This document shows, piece by piece, positions 25,301 through 38,100 of a stretch of 64,000 nucleotides of DNA. The stretch spans positions 1,431,124 to 1,495,123 of the forward strand of contig CM082586.2 in the NCBI GenBank assembly GCA_040954595.2, read 5' to 3'. Made by a program: the position numbers and the translations under genes. Position 1 is the stretch's first letter, and every line of letters starts with the position of its first letter. This DNA is from Balanoglossus misakiensis (Eukaryota; Animalia; Hemichordata). The notes under the pieces are model-generated. The model was not told the origin of the DNA. It worked only from the letters and a program-made list of their open reading frames with translations, and searched no databases.

Positions 25301-26591
25301 AGCAGCAATAGGAGACATACAAAAGAAATGTTGTCTGATAAAACTGATCTGGAGTGACTGTGGATAGAAGATCTGAAAATCTGCCCATACCTGTTGTAGA
25401 CAATGTAGTTATACAACCACATGTATTACATTGTACTTCAGTGTCAGGAGACGACAATAGACTGGTTAATAGCCCGACACATCCACTTTGTATTATTACA
25501 TCTTTATTGCTTTCTGTATACAAACAAACAAACATAAATAACAGAAAAAGAAAACATTCAAATTTCAAGTACAAAAATAGTTGGTCTTGATATTAAAATA
25601 TATCATATTTTATGTAACATCAATGGAAGGGGAATTGTCACTGTGTGTTTTTTCAAGGTCAATAAATATATTTTTAAAATGCAACTTTACAGTTACCATA
25701 TGGCTGCTCCCCTGGATATATTTCAACACAGAACACAATGAATTCATTTATGAGTGTCAATGTATTGCCAAAATAGCAGGTGTATTTACCAGGCAAAACC
25801 CAATGTCATTCAGTGTATGTCAATCAATTTTATGAATACAAGACTTTATAGAGATGAAAAGAAAGACAATACTAAATAGACTAACCCGGTCCATCGATGG
25901 CGAGATTGCTGACGGCCAGCGTGGATGCTCTCTGTGTTTCCAAGTCATGTGATTGAAGTAGAATGACCAAAGGTTCCATCATGCTGAGTGTGATAGGCTG
26001 CATCACTGCTGATGATGAGAACAACCATGCAAATATCAACAATGATTATCACATCTGGGGTTAGTTCTTGCGAAAGGACAATCAACCACTCATTTAGAAT
26101 TGTGAGGACAGCATTAGTAAAGACCCGAGAATGAGTTAAACGTTAAACACCATTCACATCTCTACATGATTTTCATCAGATTCGTACAAGAATATTTGCA
26201 TCACTCCACACTTACATCTTTCACTGATCTCTGCATAACACAATGCGGCAGATCTCTGCAACTCTGCATTGTCACTGTATGTCAGTATCAACAAGGCCCT
26301 CAGTCGGTCTTCGTTGATTGTCGTTTTCTCGCCATTTTCTGGAAGAAAGGAGAACAATCACTCTCTGGCTGGCAAGTTCAAAACACAATGTTGATCAGTT
26401 TCATGTGATGCAAAAAATAAGAGAAAAAAACACCCACCTTTGTTGAGATAACTAAGTAGATCATTGACAGCAACTCTCTCCTCTTCCTGTAGCAAGGGTT
26501 CGTACAAATTCCACTCGTTGCTTCCAATGCGGGGTTGGTAACAACTGCAGCACGGAGAGAATGAACAGATGCAGTCCAGGATCACATCCAT
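22326..26591 (-). CDS. Vacuolar protein 8 (Vac8)-like armadillo-repeat protein, about 13 coding exons
   Basis: The spliced product contains [103 protein letters not shown] and [11 protein letters not shown]. These are collinear with yeast Vac8 motifs as recalled (YSDNLNLQRSAALAFAEITE; [21 protein letters not shown]; [15 protein letters not shown]). GT-AG junctions checked for the first six exons and several later ones. Confidence 0.88.
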
Positions 26592-27832
26592 GTTAGGATG
26601 CAGCACACGATGCTATACGTACCTCATGTAATCTGTTGTTGGATAGATGGAAGTTTATTAGATCATGCATTACAGTATTAATTTGGAAGCTGTGGATTGT
26701 GAAAACATTTGTATGCGAAAGAAATGTACAGGTACAGTCGAAGTGCCCAGGTAGTGGACACAGACACAGACATGCAGACATGATGGTAGTGTGGATGATA
26801 TAATACGTGTATTGCAAATCATATGCAGTTTTATTCTTATTTTAATTTTGATCTATTAGTACTGATTAAGATTAATTGTACATTTCATTGTTACCTTGCC
26901 ATACATACATATTAAAATGCTCCAACAGAGCACAGACAGGGCATAACATTATGCAAATTACCTGCATTGTTATGTAAATTACACATATCATTATCATATC
27001 AGAAATCCCAGTTATCGCATTGAAGCGAGTACAATCCAGTATGTTTCTGGCACAATCTGTGCACGCACATGTGCTGTGTGCATGCAAATGACTTTGGATG
27101 AATGAAAAACTGGTACTATTGAAAATAATAGGAAATGTATTGCACGGACATGTACATATACACCAAATTGTCTTTTGCAACAAGATGCGAAAATCTTATC
27201 TTGGTGCAGAGAACATGTGTGTACTTGCTAAATTACTGTAGACTTCCCCTGTGAACTATAAAAATTAACACAACAATAAGAACAAGCACTACCCTTTGAT
27301 ATAGTGCAAGACTCTTTGTTGGACAGACAAAAATACAATGGTCATAACCGTGGATACATATGGGTGTATCTGTTGGACAAAAATACTTCAAAAAATTAAA
27401 ATTAAAATTAAAATTTGAAAAAAAATTAATACACAGTCACTGATAATCTTGTTAGTTTTACTTAGCATGTTAATTGTTAATTGAACAATATATGTAATTG
27501 CAACTAGTACCAAATACTACAACTAATTATGATAACAATATGATATTTTGTGGTCTTTGTTTCGCATTGTTAGAAAGATGTATGTTTCAGCAAAGATATT
27601 CATATATGCACACATGTGAAAAGCGCAATGTTGTCCTTCATTTCGAGACAGACACCATCACCAGAAGGTCAAGTCATACAACACACAATGCAAAGTCTTG
27701 TCTGTTGTCGTATTTAACCTTCCGGTGAAAATACCAAGCTCATGAGGTCTTTGTTTGTGCGATCGAACACGATCGGCAGCTGTACTGGCTTGCTTGGAAG
27801 TTGGATAAGGCCACACTCACGAAAATCACTTA

Positions 27833-28526
27833 CCAGTTCAACGGTATGCCTACTGAAGTTGTGGGCGTCACTTCAGAAAGATTCCGTGGGAAAGTGGTGT
27901 TTATCCCTGAGGTACAAAACAATAACAACAGCTGACTGGAACTGCACTCGTTCACACTGCACTTTTCACTTTGCATTCACTTTGTCTGCTTCATTATCAC
28001 ATTATGCGTTAGATAAGGTCAGAGGTCGCCTCAGGGGACTTACGCTGGTATAAACCAATCACACACCGCTTTACAAAATACGGTAATCGAGTGAAGTTTG
28101 TACGTCTGGGCTGGCAGTCCGAATACAAATTTGTGTGAAACGTGTGCGCTGAATATCACCCAAAAAATATTTCAATATTCTTTAAGTTTCTTTCAGGCAA
28201 CACAGAAATGTTTAAAGAGTTTTCTGTCTGTCTTGGACAAAAGTTGAAATATACTTGCTGCGAGTTTGTCCCTTACAGTAGGTGAAAACCAACGCTGAAT
28301 TTCATTGGCCAGAATTACCACGTGGATAAAGGGATATCCCAACATGATAGAACATGGCGTCTGTATATGTGTTTGAGAGGGACGCTGCAATATCAGACAC
28401 GCGGAATTGAGTTTTGTGGACGCATACAGCCGAAATCCAGTTGTTAAGTAATACTATAGTTGTCTAGTGTAACGGCTGTATCGAATTGTGTCCACCTGTA
28501 TCTGACCGAGCACCAAGGATTGTAAA
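27833..28526. promoter_or_regulatory. Probable shared promoter region of Vac8-like (-) and BCLAF1/THRAP3-like (+)
   Basis: A minus-strand donor CTG|GTAAGT lies near 27833 and the plus-strand ATG is at 28527. The segment is CpG-enriched, with a YY1-like AACATGGCG at 28351. Confidence 0.45.
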
Positions 28527-31500
28527 ATGCCGAGGGAAAGTAGGAGCTATCGCAGGAGGTTTGTTTTCTTTCATTTTTCACGTGATAGTGCGCCCGCTGT
28601 ACATGTAATTGTATGGCTTCTTGGTTGAAATTGTGGTTATCAGGTATCAAGTATTGAATTGATTTTAAAGTTTCCTGTCATCAATAATGCAAGTAATGTA
28701 TAGTGACAGATACTGTCATAACCCATTTACAGACAACTGTACTTGTAATAAGTTGTAAGCCAAGTACATTTACAGAAAATGTGTTCTCTAATAGAGAGCA
28801 AAATAAGAAGTACTGACCAAAAATACATGTAGTAAATATGATATTTCACATATGAAATAATTAAGTCCAGACTTAAATTTAGATATTGTTGTGCAATACA
28901 GTCTATGAAACAAAAAATCATTTTGTGGGCATCTTATCAATTATATTCGTAGGTCAACATCATCATCTTCATCATCAAGCTCTTCTTCGGGCTCTTCAGC
29001 TCCGCCAAGGAGAAGAAAGAGAAGCTATAGTCGGTCACGTTCAAGGTCTCCTATTAAATACAGAAAGCGACGATCGAGATCTTATTCTCCAAGGTACAAG
29101 GGACGGTCAAAGTCACCAAGGCGAAGGTCAAGATCTCCGCGCAGAAGATCAAGATCAAAGTCTCCAGGTAGAAGGATGTTATCTCCCAAGAGAAGGCCAA
29201 GATCGCCAAGGAGAAGATCTTATTCACCAAGAAGATCAAAGTCTCGAAGTCCAAGAAGAAGACGTTTTTCCCCTCGAAGAAGATCAAGGTCTCCTCGAAG
29301 ACGATCACCACAGAGAAGGTCACGATCAAGATCCCCAAGGAGACGAAGATCGAAATCTCCGAGAAGGTGGTCAAGATCCCCCAGGAGAAGATCAAGATCA
29401 CCACAAAGGAAATCAAGATCAAGGTCACCTAAAAGGAGGAGCATCAGGTCGCCATTGAGAAAATCAAGATCAAGGTCACCCAGAAGAAGGTCTAGGACAC
29501 CACCGAAGAAATCAAGATCTAGATCGCCTAGACGAAGATCCAGATCATCACCAAGGAGATCTAAGTCGCCATGGAGGAGATCATCCCGGCATAGCAGATC
29601 AAGATCGCCCAAAAGAAGATCAAGATCTCCTCATAGGAAATCGAGGTCACCTCTAAGGTTACTTCGAGGGAGGTCAAAGTCACCACCGAGAAAGTCCAAA
29701 TCAAGATCCCCCAAAAGACGGTCTAGATCTCCACAGAGAAGAGGAGGGTCACCCAGGAAGCGATCGAGATCTTATTCACCAAGTAGAACCACAAAGGACA
29801 GAACTGAACGGCCTCGGTCCAAAACACCCCAGAAAAAGGAGCAGCCACACTTCCCAGGGCCTCGCTCAAGATCACCAGGTGGTAGACGATCACCGTCACC
29901 AAGACATGGGCAAAGGAAATCAGAATCAGAAGCAAGAGATACCAGTAAGCGAGATGATAATATTGGAATATCTCCTAAAAGTAGTCAAGCAAAGTTTTTG
30001 TCAAGTAAACCGACTTCTGTATCGCCAACCAAAACATCCTCTGATCAACATCACAGAAGCCCTGGAAACATACATTCCTCTCATCTGAGTGCTTCATACA
30101 GATCCAGATCAAAGTCAAGAGGTAGGTCCCCAACTCCTCCAGATAGAGTTCCTACACACCAAAAGAAAATATCACCTCCTGTCAGATACAGAGATGCATC
30201 TCCAGACAAAGATGAAGAGATGAGAAGGCAGACGCAAACACCTGTAGAAAGACAGAGTTCAAGGTCAGCGGACAGAGGAAGTGATCGATCAAGATCCCCG
30301 AGGGGAAGTCAGGGTATTGACAAACAAGGCGCTGATGATAGGAGACGTTTAGGCCAGACAAGTCCGAGAGTAAAAGAGAAAGATGTGGTGCCATTGAAAA
30401 CTGATGACTCTCAAGGATTTTATGAAAAACGAGGAAGTAAAGAAACACGTGAAAAAGATGCAGTTCACAGAAGAGACAGAAGTTTGGACAGTGATTCAGA
30501 TTCAAGTCGCAGTCGTAGTAAGAGTCCCAACAGGAAATGGGTCAAGGTCACACAAGCGAAGAAGGATGTGTCTGATGATGATCGGGAAATGAAGGATCGA
30601 AGTTCAGCTGTATTTGAAAAGGATAGTGTCGAGAAGAGGAGGGATAGAGACCTGGATTCCAGCAGAGAGCGTGATCGGAGAAGTAAGCACAGCCCGCACA
30701 GAAGTGATGATGAGAAGGATGGAAGCTATAACAAGAAAGACCTTGAGAAGAGAGGTGAGAGGACTGAGTCATATAAAAGAGAGAGCCCAGACACAAGTTC
30801 TGATCGTTTACGGGATAGAAGCCAAGAAAAGAGGCGTTCCGATCGAAGTGGTGAAGACAGAGAGAGAGCTGATGATAGGCAAAGGCGCAAGAGGAAAGAC
30901 TCGGAGAGGGATAGCCCGGAGAGATCTTCTGAAAGGAGAGGGGAGAAAGACCATGGCAGGAAAGGGTCCGGTCGCAGAAGTAGAAGTCGAGAAAAGAGTG
31001 CTGACAGGGACCGAGAGCGGAGTAGAGAGGGCCGCAGCTCTGAGAGGAAGAGAGATCGAAGTCACGAGAGTAGTGAAAAGTACAGAAGTAAAAGTGGTGA
31101 AAAAAGGGATAAAGATTCTGGCAAGACTGGGGAGAAAGATAAATCAAGTAAAGAAGATAGGAAGAGAGAGCGTGACAGACACAAGAGGCGAGAAAGAACA
31201 GAAGACAGTGATGAAGACTCTGAAATGGAAATAAGCAACAGAGTTGAAAAAGGCAGAAAATCGAGAAGCCCTAGCAAAAAAGAAAAGCGCCGACGGTCTC
31301 GAAGTTCAAGTCCGAAAAGGAAAAAAGAGAAATCATCACCAAAAAAGGCAAGGAAAAGCAGGTATTCCTCAAGTCCCGAGATTAAGAGTAAAAAGAAGAA
31401 GTCTACCAAAGACAGGAGTCCAGTGAGACAGTCTGATAAAAAAGAGAATATTGAAGAACCGACTAAAAAAGAAGATCCAGGAATAAGGGTGATTGACCTC

Positions 31501-32979
31501 ACCCAACTTCACATGGACATTCACAAAAGGGCCGGTCGTCAGGTGTCTCCAGTGAGACACATCCGTGATCCTTCTGATGTTGTCATCCCCAGAAAGCCGA
31601 ATGAAGGCAAGAAAGGTCTGTTCGACCGGGAGGAGATAATCAAAGGTCGACAGCATCAACCTGAAGATGATGAAGGACAAGTGGAACGCAGGGTTGTGGC
31701 CGTTATTCGATCGCAGGCATCTCCATCTTGGGGAGAGAGGTATTCCAGTGACAAAGCTTACCCGGAATCGTACAACAAGCAAGGCAACATTAACATTCAG
31801 GGGTTGGAATCACGGGAGTATGCCACACCCCCCGGTCAGCCAAAGAAAAGCCTCAGTGACAGATTTGGAGCAATGCCACGGGATGCACGCAAAGCTGAAG
31901 ACTCGCGAAATGTTATTGAAGTCCACCTCGGCAATGAAGGCGGTGATGGAAGTTATGTGCGCTCGTATAAACGTGAGAGTGAAAAGAAAAGTGATGTGAA
32001 AAGCTATCGCGACAGATCTCCCGGCAGGACTGATCAGGAATCGAGTGGTCCAAAAGATTTGCGTGGCCAGATAGAAAGGCGTAGACAAAGTAACAATGAC
32101 AGACAGAGTGACTCACATCATGATACGAGCAGAAAACGTCCACAAGACACACGGGATCTTAGACATAGCATAATTAGCCGTCGCACTAGTGACAGATCGA
32201 GTAGAGATGAGAGAGATACGAGAAGTCTTAAAGAGAAATACGACCGCGGAGACAAACCTGAAAGGCACGATTTTGGTCGACGAGATCAGAGAAAGCGAGA
32301 CGGTCGCGATCACGACAGCAACGTGCCCACATCCACCACAAGGGACAGGGATGGACGAGATGACAGGAAACGAAAAGCAGAATTGCCTGACTTCAAAAAT
32401 CCTGAAGCTCGTCCACTTCCAGAACCTGAGTGGATCCGGAATCCAACTGCTATTCCAAAAGGTGGAAGCTATTATGAGGTAGGGTGACAATACAGTTCAA
32501 AAACAGTTCCAGAAAATGAATTTTACTAGTCCTTCAACACAAACCACACAAAAATGGTTACAGCAGTGACCGTACAATGCACCCCTTAACTGACTGATTT
32601 TTTTACAGCACGACAATCGAGTTGGTGAGAACAGCATAGACTACTGGGCGAGGAGAGGCCGTGGCCGTGGTCGCGGCGGAAGGGGTTTCGGAAGAGGATA
32701 CGGGAGAGGCAGAGGCCGGGGCGGCTTTTCCCGGGATTGGGGAAAACGTGGTGATGATAGGGACAGAGGCAAAAGTTCCCAGTGGACACATGACAAGTTT
32801 GAGCAGGAAGAGGATGACGACAGCACCAAGGTAGGGTGATTTCATTTTTGTCATTTTAGATATGCAATTTGTTTTGTGGCTGCTCAGATAAGTCTATAAA
32901 AAGCACTTGGTTCATTAATTTCTTGTATGTTTGTTCTACACAGGAAGAAGACGATAGACCAACCAGTACAACAAAATGA
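28527..32979 (+). CDS. BCLAF1/THRAP3-family SR-related nuclear RNA-processing protein (exons 28527-28558, 28953-32478, 32609-32830, 32944-32979)
   Basis: Starts MPRESRSYRR and has a long RS/SP domain and a charged RD/RE region. Motifs SLSDRF, DLRGQIERRR and DLRHSII resemble the TLNERF and DLRHDIDRRRK motifs of BCLAF1/THRAP3. The C-terminus PKGGSYYE|HDNR..IDYWARRGRGRG..SSQWTHDKFEQ resembles BCLAF1 HDDRDDGVDYWAKRGRGRG..SPKWTHDKYQ (recalled). All junctions are in frame. Confidence 0.85.
28990..29790 (+). repeat. Coding RS/SP heptad-like repeat (about 21-nt period, (R/K)RSRSPx)
   Basis: Dozens of RRSRSP/KSRSRSP units; AGATCAAGATC/AGATCAAGGTC recurs in the DNA. Confidence 0.85.
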
Positions 32980-35185
32980 AGTGACTGAAATAAACAAGCA
33001 AGCTATAGTACTGTACGTAAGTACATTAGAGTATAACTAGTCTGCAGCTAATAAGGGTGATTTCACCATTTTGTGAAATGATGTGTGATTTTCTTAGGCA
33101 TGTTAAAGTTGGTTTTGTAAGTTTTTAAGGCTTTTTACTCGGTCGCTCTTTAGAACAGTTTTGCAATGCTTGTGAGTCCTCAAAGGTTTTGGGTTAATGT
33201 ATACACAGGCAGGTGTAAACTCTGGTTATTTTTTGTGACACCAAGAACTGCAGCAGTTCAATGAAATCAAAATTAACATTTAAGTTATGTAACACACCTT
33301 GTCCGTTTCCTTCACTATGATTGGTCAAATCAACATCAAGGGGTGCGTCACTCTTACACTGATACACGCAACTGGTGCATTGTTGACAGTTTTGACCTGT
33401 GATCACTTCATAAATATCACACATACAACACTGCCAAGTTCAGGATTTCCTTTTCTGTTTCATCGATGATTTCGACGCAGCTGTACATGCACTAAATAGT
33501 GTATAGGCAGCTTCTCTGATGTAAAAGTTTGTTGTCAATCCTGTAGAATTATTACGCAATACCTGTACCGACTATTGCAGGTGTTTACATACATAGCTAG
33601 TCTGTGTGTCATATTTCTGTGGAAGACCACACCATTGCAGTTTTGCATGTTATCATTAGATGATTAATTTAGTAAGCTTTGTATCTTAAAGAAATCAGTG
33701 CTCAGTAAATGCAGCTTTTCAAACTTTGAAATTGAACAAAAATAAATGTACGAATGAATATCATGGAGTATTGGTTTTTTGAGATAACTGCTCCCCGGCC
33801 ATGTTGGTGGGTCTGGTGTCAAGGTAGGAGTTGGGGATTGTGGGTTCAAGACCTGGACTGTGCTGTGCATTTCAGCATGGCACTTCCCATTGTCTCCTTC
33901 AACAAAAGCATTATTGTAGATCAGTACTGGTGGCGCTATTCAAAACTACCTTGTGCAACTTCTGATTCCTGAGACAGTCAACACCATCTACATAAGTTTC
34001 ATTGATGTAATATTTTATTTCACAATTACGACATTTACAGAAACACAGCTTGCCGAGAACGAACTCTGCTCCAAAACATCTGGAAAGCAGATAAAAGAAA
34101 ATACTAAAAATCCACACGTGGAACAGAAAACAAAACTTCTTCGTGAGCTCTTGGAACGAGAAAAACTTTACAGCTGAATAGAACTGCATTGATCATTTCT
34201 CCAAGGTTTTACACATAATTGTGGAATAAATAAACTTCAAATGATTGGACCTTTGAGAATAAAATACACGAGTATTTACAGACAAGAAGTTGAGGTACAA
34301 AAAAGGCACACACATTGTACTATGTGCACATGTATGAAATAATTCTTGATGAAGTTGGACGTCTGTCGGATGATGGCAGACTGCTGTTAGAGGATAGACA
34401 ACTAAACCATGTACAGATGGGGATGACGTGTGTCACCCTGATAACCAACGCTCCTGTCAGTCTAAGTACACTACTCGCATTTCAGTGTCGTAATTTCAAC
34501 ACGATGCTTGGAAAAACTTCACTAACTGAAGTGTAAAATACATTTCACATACAACGGGGGGCCATGAATAACTTGTGGTAAAGGGAGTTAGAAAGTCTTC
34601 AAATGCCTTCAAAAAATCGACAATAACTTACAAAATATTGCACCTACCACAACTGGTAATCTTGGAGTCTACAGCCAGGGCCGTCTAAACAAAACCCTTT
34701 GACCAAATAGGAAAGCTCTTGCGAATTTTCTATTTCCATTAGTTCTGAGGTTGGATCAGCACTTGAAATTAGGATGACTATATACACACCACAGTAATCT
34801 ACACTCATGATTTGTCCACTATTTTCTAGTAAACACAAATTTTCAAAACCCACCTTATGATACAAATTCTACATCACATTGTCATCAGATTATCTTCTAC
34901 ACCCAATTTTTAGACTATACAGACTCTAAAATTTCCCACACCGTGTAATGGAGAAAGATCAAAGACTAAGTTGCATCATTTTTAAAACAAGGGTAGATAT
35001 CCATACCACACAGCACAATGCCCGTTGTTTTCCCACCCTCTATCCCCCCTGAAATACTTGGTACAGCCCTACTCTACCCAATACCAGGCAAGTTTTTTAC
35101 ATTTCTCAGAAAAAGGGATGTTTGAGTTAAATAATAAAAAAGAAACCCTCATCAGTAAATGTAGTCCCTAAATGCAGAGACCGGC

Positions 35186-38100
35186 TCATTGCACTACGAG
35201 ATTCTTCTCCATCGCTTCTTTGTGGAGTTCTGTCAGTTGTCTGAAAAAGTAGAAAGAAAACACAAAATAATGTTAGCTGCTTAACAGCTACACACTTCTA
35301 TGATACACCTCTGACATTTTGTTCTAGAAAAAATTGAATTTCACATCAATTCATACATAACAATAATTATAGGGTACTCACTTTCTGAGCTTGACAACTT
35401 TCAGTTTGAGATCTTTATCGTGTTGTTTTATTCTGACAATCTCCTTCCAGGCATCATCACAGGCCGATTGATTGACTTCATACTGAACATACAAACCAGT
35501 CCACAACATCTGTGGAGGTAAAAAAAAATAACAGTGGGCTCATGAAAAAAAGGTTTGAACTGGGAAATTTTGTGTTGACAGATACACAGAGGCCCATGCA
35601 GATTTAGTCTCAGCTTTACTGTAAAATAAAAACAAATTTCTTGCATCACTAAGAATATACTATGTCGAAGGCAAGTCAGGGCTGATTGTAGGGTACACTG
35701 GTACACAAATGATTGAACATGACTTACCAGGCTTTGAGGTGCCACAGAAGGCCAGATGACACTGTCGTTTTTCTCGTAGAGGGGATTTAGAAAAGTCTGC
35801 AAGATCTCTGGCCGATTCACATAAGACCTGGTGAGGAACCAAGAAGATGGCGTTAATGGAGGACTGGGATTATGACGTCATGGCGACAGTGAGTGGATGA
35901 TAATCTGGATGTACTATTCCCTTGGGATGGAAGGCTTAAATATTGGCAGATGTATTCACATCATTTACATGCTACAAATGGTAAAACCCCTTCATGCTTA
36001 CCAGAGAGAGACTGTCTTCGTTTGTATCTTGACTTTCTTTCTGTCCGCTTCATTATTGCACATGAATGTACCTATTTCATGGAAACAAAAAGACGTGCAA
36101 GAATTTTCAGTTTACACAGTTCAACTGTGAAATCTGGGCGTACACAAATATAATATCCTTTCACAAAAACTAAGCAACATCAATACATGGATGACTCGTG
36201 CTGTAGAGACACTCCACTTACCAAATTGTGATGCATACGAGTGTTCAAACAACTCCTTGAGAAATTGCTCGTTGAATTCAAAAGAACAGGGAAACTGTTG
36301 ATAAATCTGCAACCAAGATAGAGCAGGAACATATTTGGTTTTAGTTAAATTTAACAATGAATTATGAGAGTTGAATGCACTCTATCAAATTAACTGTTTC
36401 ATAGCCTCAAGTCATATTCCACACACCATCTGTTGAGAGAACTGCTGTGAATTGAGTTATGAGAATTCTGTGAAGATCTTCAATTTTTATAAAACACCAT
36501 TATATTGAAATTACTAATATTACAACATGTGTGGATGCATTACTGAGGATGAGGTAGGATGGACTAGTGTTAATTATAACTGACCTGCCACACACAGTCT
36601 AGAAATAGTAAAAACACAGGGCCTTCAAACCGTGGTTTGTTCATAGAGAATGCCGACTTGGCACATCTATCTGCGAATGGATGACCGGCTTGCAGCCATT
36701 CCCTCTCGACCAATGCTTCAAATCTGTCAGAGAAAAATAAGTTGTAGTTCTGTGAGAAAGTCTGTCTCTTGATAATCGTGATAGATTTTGAATCATGCAT
36801 AAACTGTCCCAAAGCAGATGCTTATTATCCTACCCAGTGGCTCAACACATTGTTGAAATCAACACTTTGTTGAATACAATGGTTGAATAAGTTTTAAAAG
36901 AATGTCACCCTTCAGGCTTTTTACAGAGTATTCAATGTACATGTCTTAAGTGCAGTTGAGGTGATGAACTTTGAACTTTACCCTCTGACCGTTCTGCAGT
37001 CTGGATCCAGGATAATCTGGGCCAGTGACGTGACCTGCAGTGAGCTATCGATACCTTCAGACCCATGCACTAACACAGATGCACCTGAAAGAGGGGAAAA
37101 TAATTTTGGTTGATAGCCAGTTCTCCACTGGATTTCAGCCATGCTACCCAATCACCGTATATCCAGTTCCTGTTCTGAAAAGAAGATGGCTGACAGAGAA
37201 TCTTAACCCTGTCGCTGTTGCCACGCACACACACACTCTCTCTCTCTCTGTAATGTTCCAGACGTCCCAACATCGCCCACTGTGAAACACAGGACACTCT
37301 CATGTACTCACCTTCCCTGTCAATGCACTGGGCCGCTAAACAGGCTGTGGTCAGGACATCTTTGACGTGACTCAGCCAGTTACAGGACTCGAGACGCGAC
37401 ATCCATTTGTCCATGCTACTGTTGGTATCCGTACATGCTGTAAGCATTTTACAAATGGCATTAATTCAATGATAAAACTACCTTCAGTTTGGAGAAATCA
37501 TATTGCAATATCATGACTATGACTTCGCACGAATTGGATACTATTATTAGTATTAATCCTTCCACCATCATGGTGATGTGGCAGAGTGTGTGTCCCTACC
37601 TTCAACAAGTTTGACTAGACTCTCTTGAAGAACATAAAATCTTTCAATGGATTTGTGGATTCTTCTCCACTGAGGATAGTGAGCTTCAGGTTCTACCCCA
37701 CCCCCTGAAAATAAACAAACAAACAAAGCAATGTCAAGGACACCATCCAAAGCAGACAAACAAACACAGTCGTATCAAGGACACAACCCCTTCAGTCCAG
37801 GTACACTGGCTCTTCATTATTGTGTCAGTGAACACATCACGTACCTTTAGATTTGGCAGTTTGAGCTGCTGTCGGTGACCTGGTGTCAATGATGTATCCT
37901 CTCTTACCGATTCCCAGTACAGCGTTGACCAGTCTCTCGTCTTCTTTGCAGCGTTTGCTGTTTGGACCGGTCAGTGGCTGGCCACACCGCATGATGACCA
38001 TCTGAGAGGGGAAGAAACATTAAGAGTTGAGTTGGGATGTACTGTTTCTTGTTTTTGAATCAATAGATCAACTGATAGAACGATCAATCAATCAATCAAT

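Noticed and set aside
22326-26591. Fungal contamination or recent horizontal transfer as the source of the Vac8-like gene
   Set aside because: Intron size, splice signals and base composition match the flanking animal genes, and the gene is embedded between them.
28886-31502. Overlapping alternative-frame and antisense ORFs (EDQDL.., GDLDL.. repeats, 206-aa +frame ORF)
   Set aside because: Shadows of the low-complexity RS/RE coding sequence, which lacks stops in other frames.
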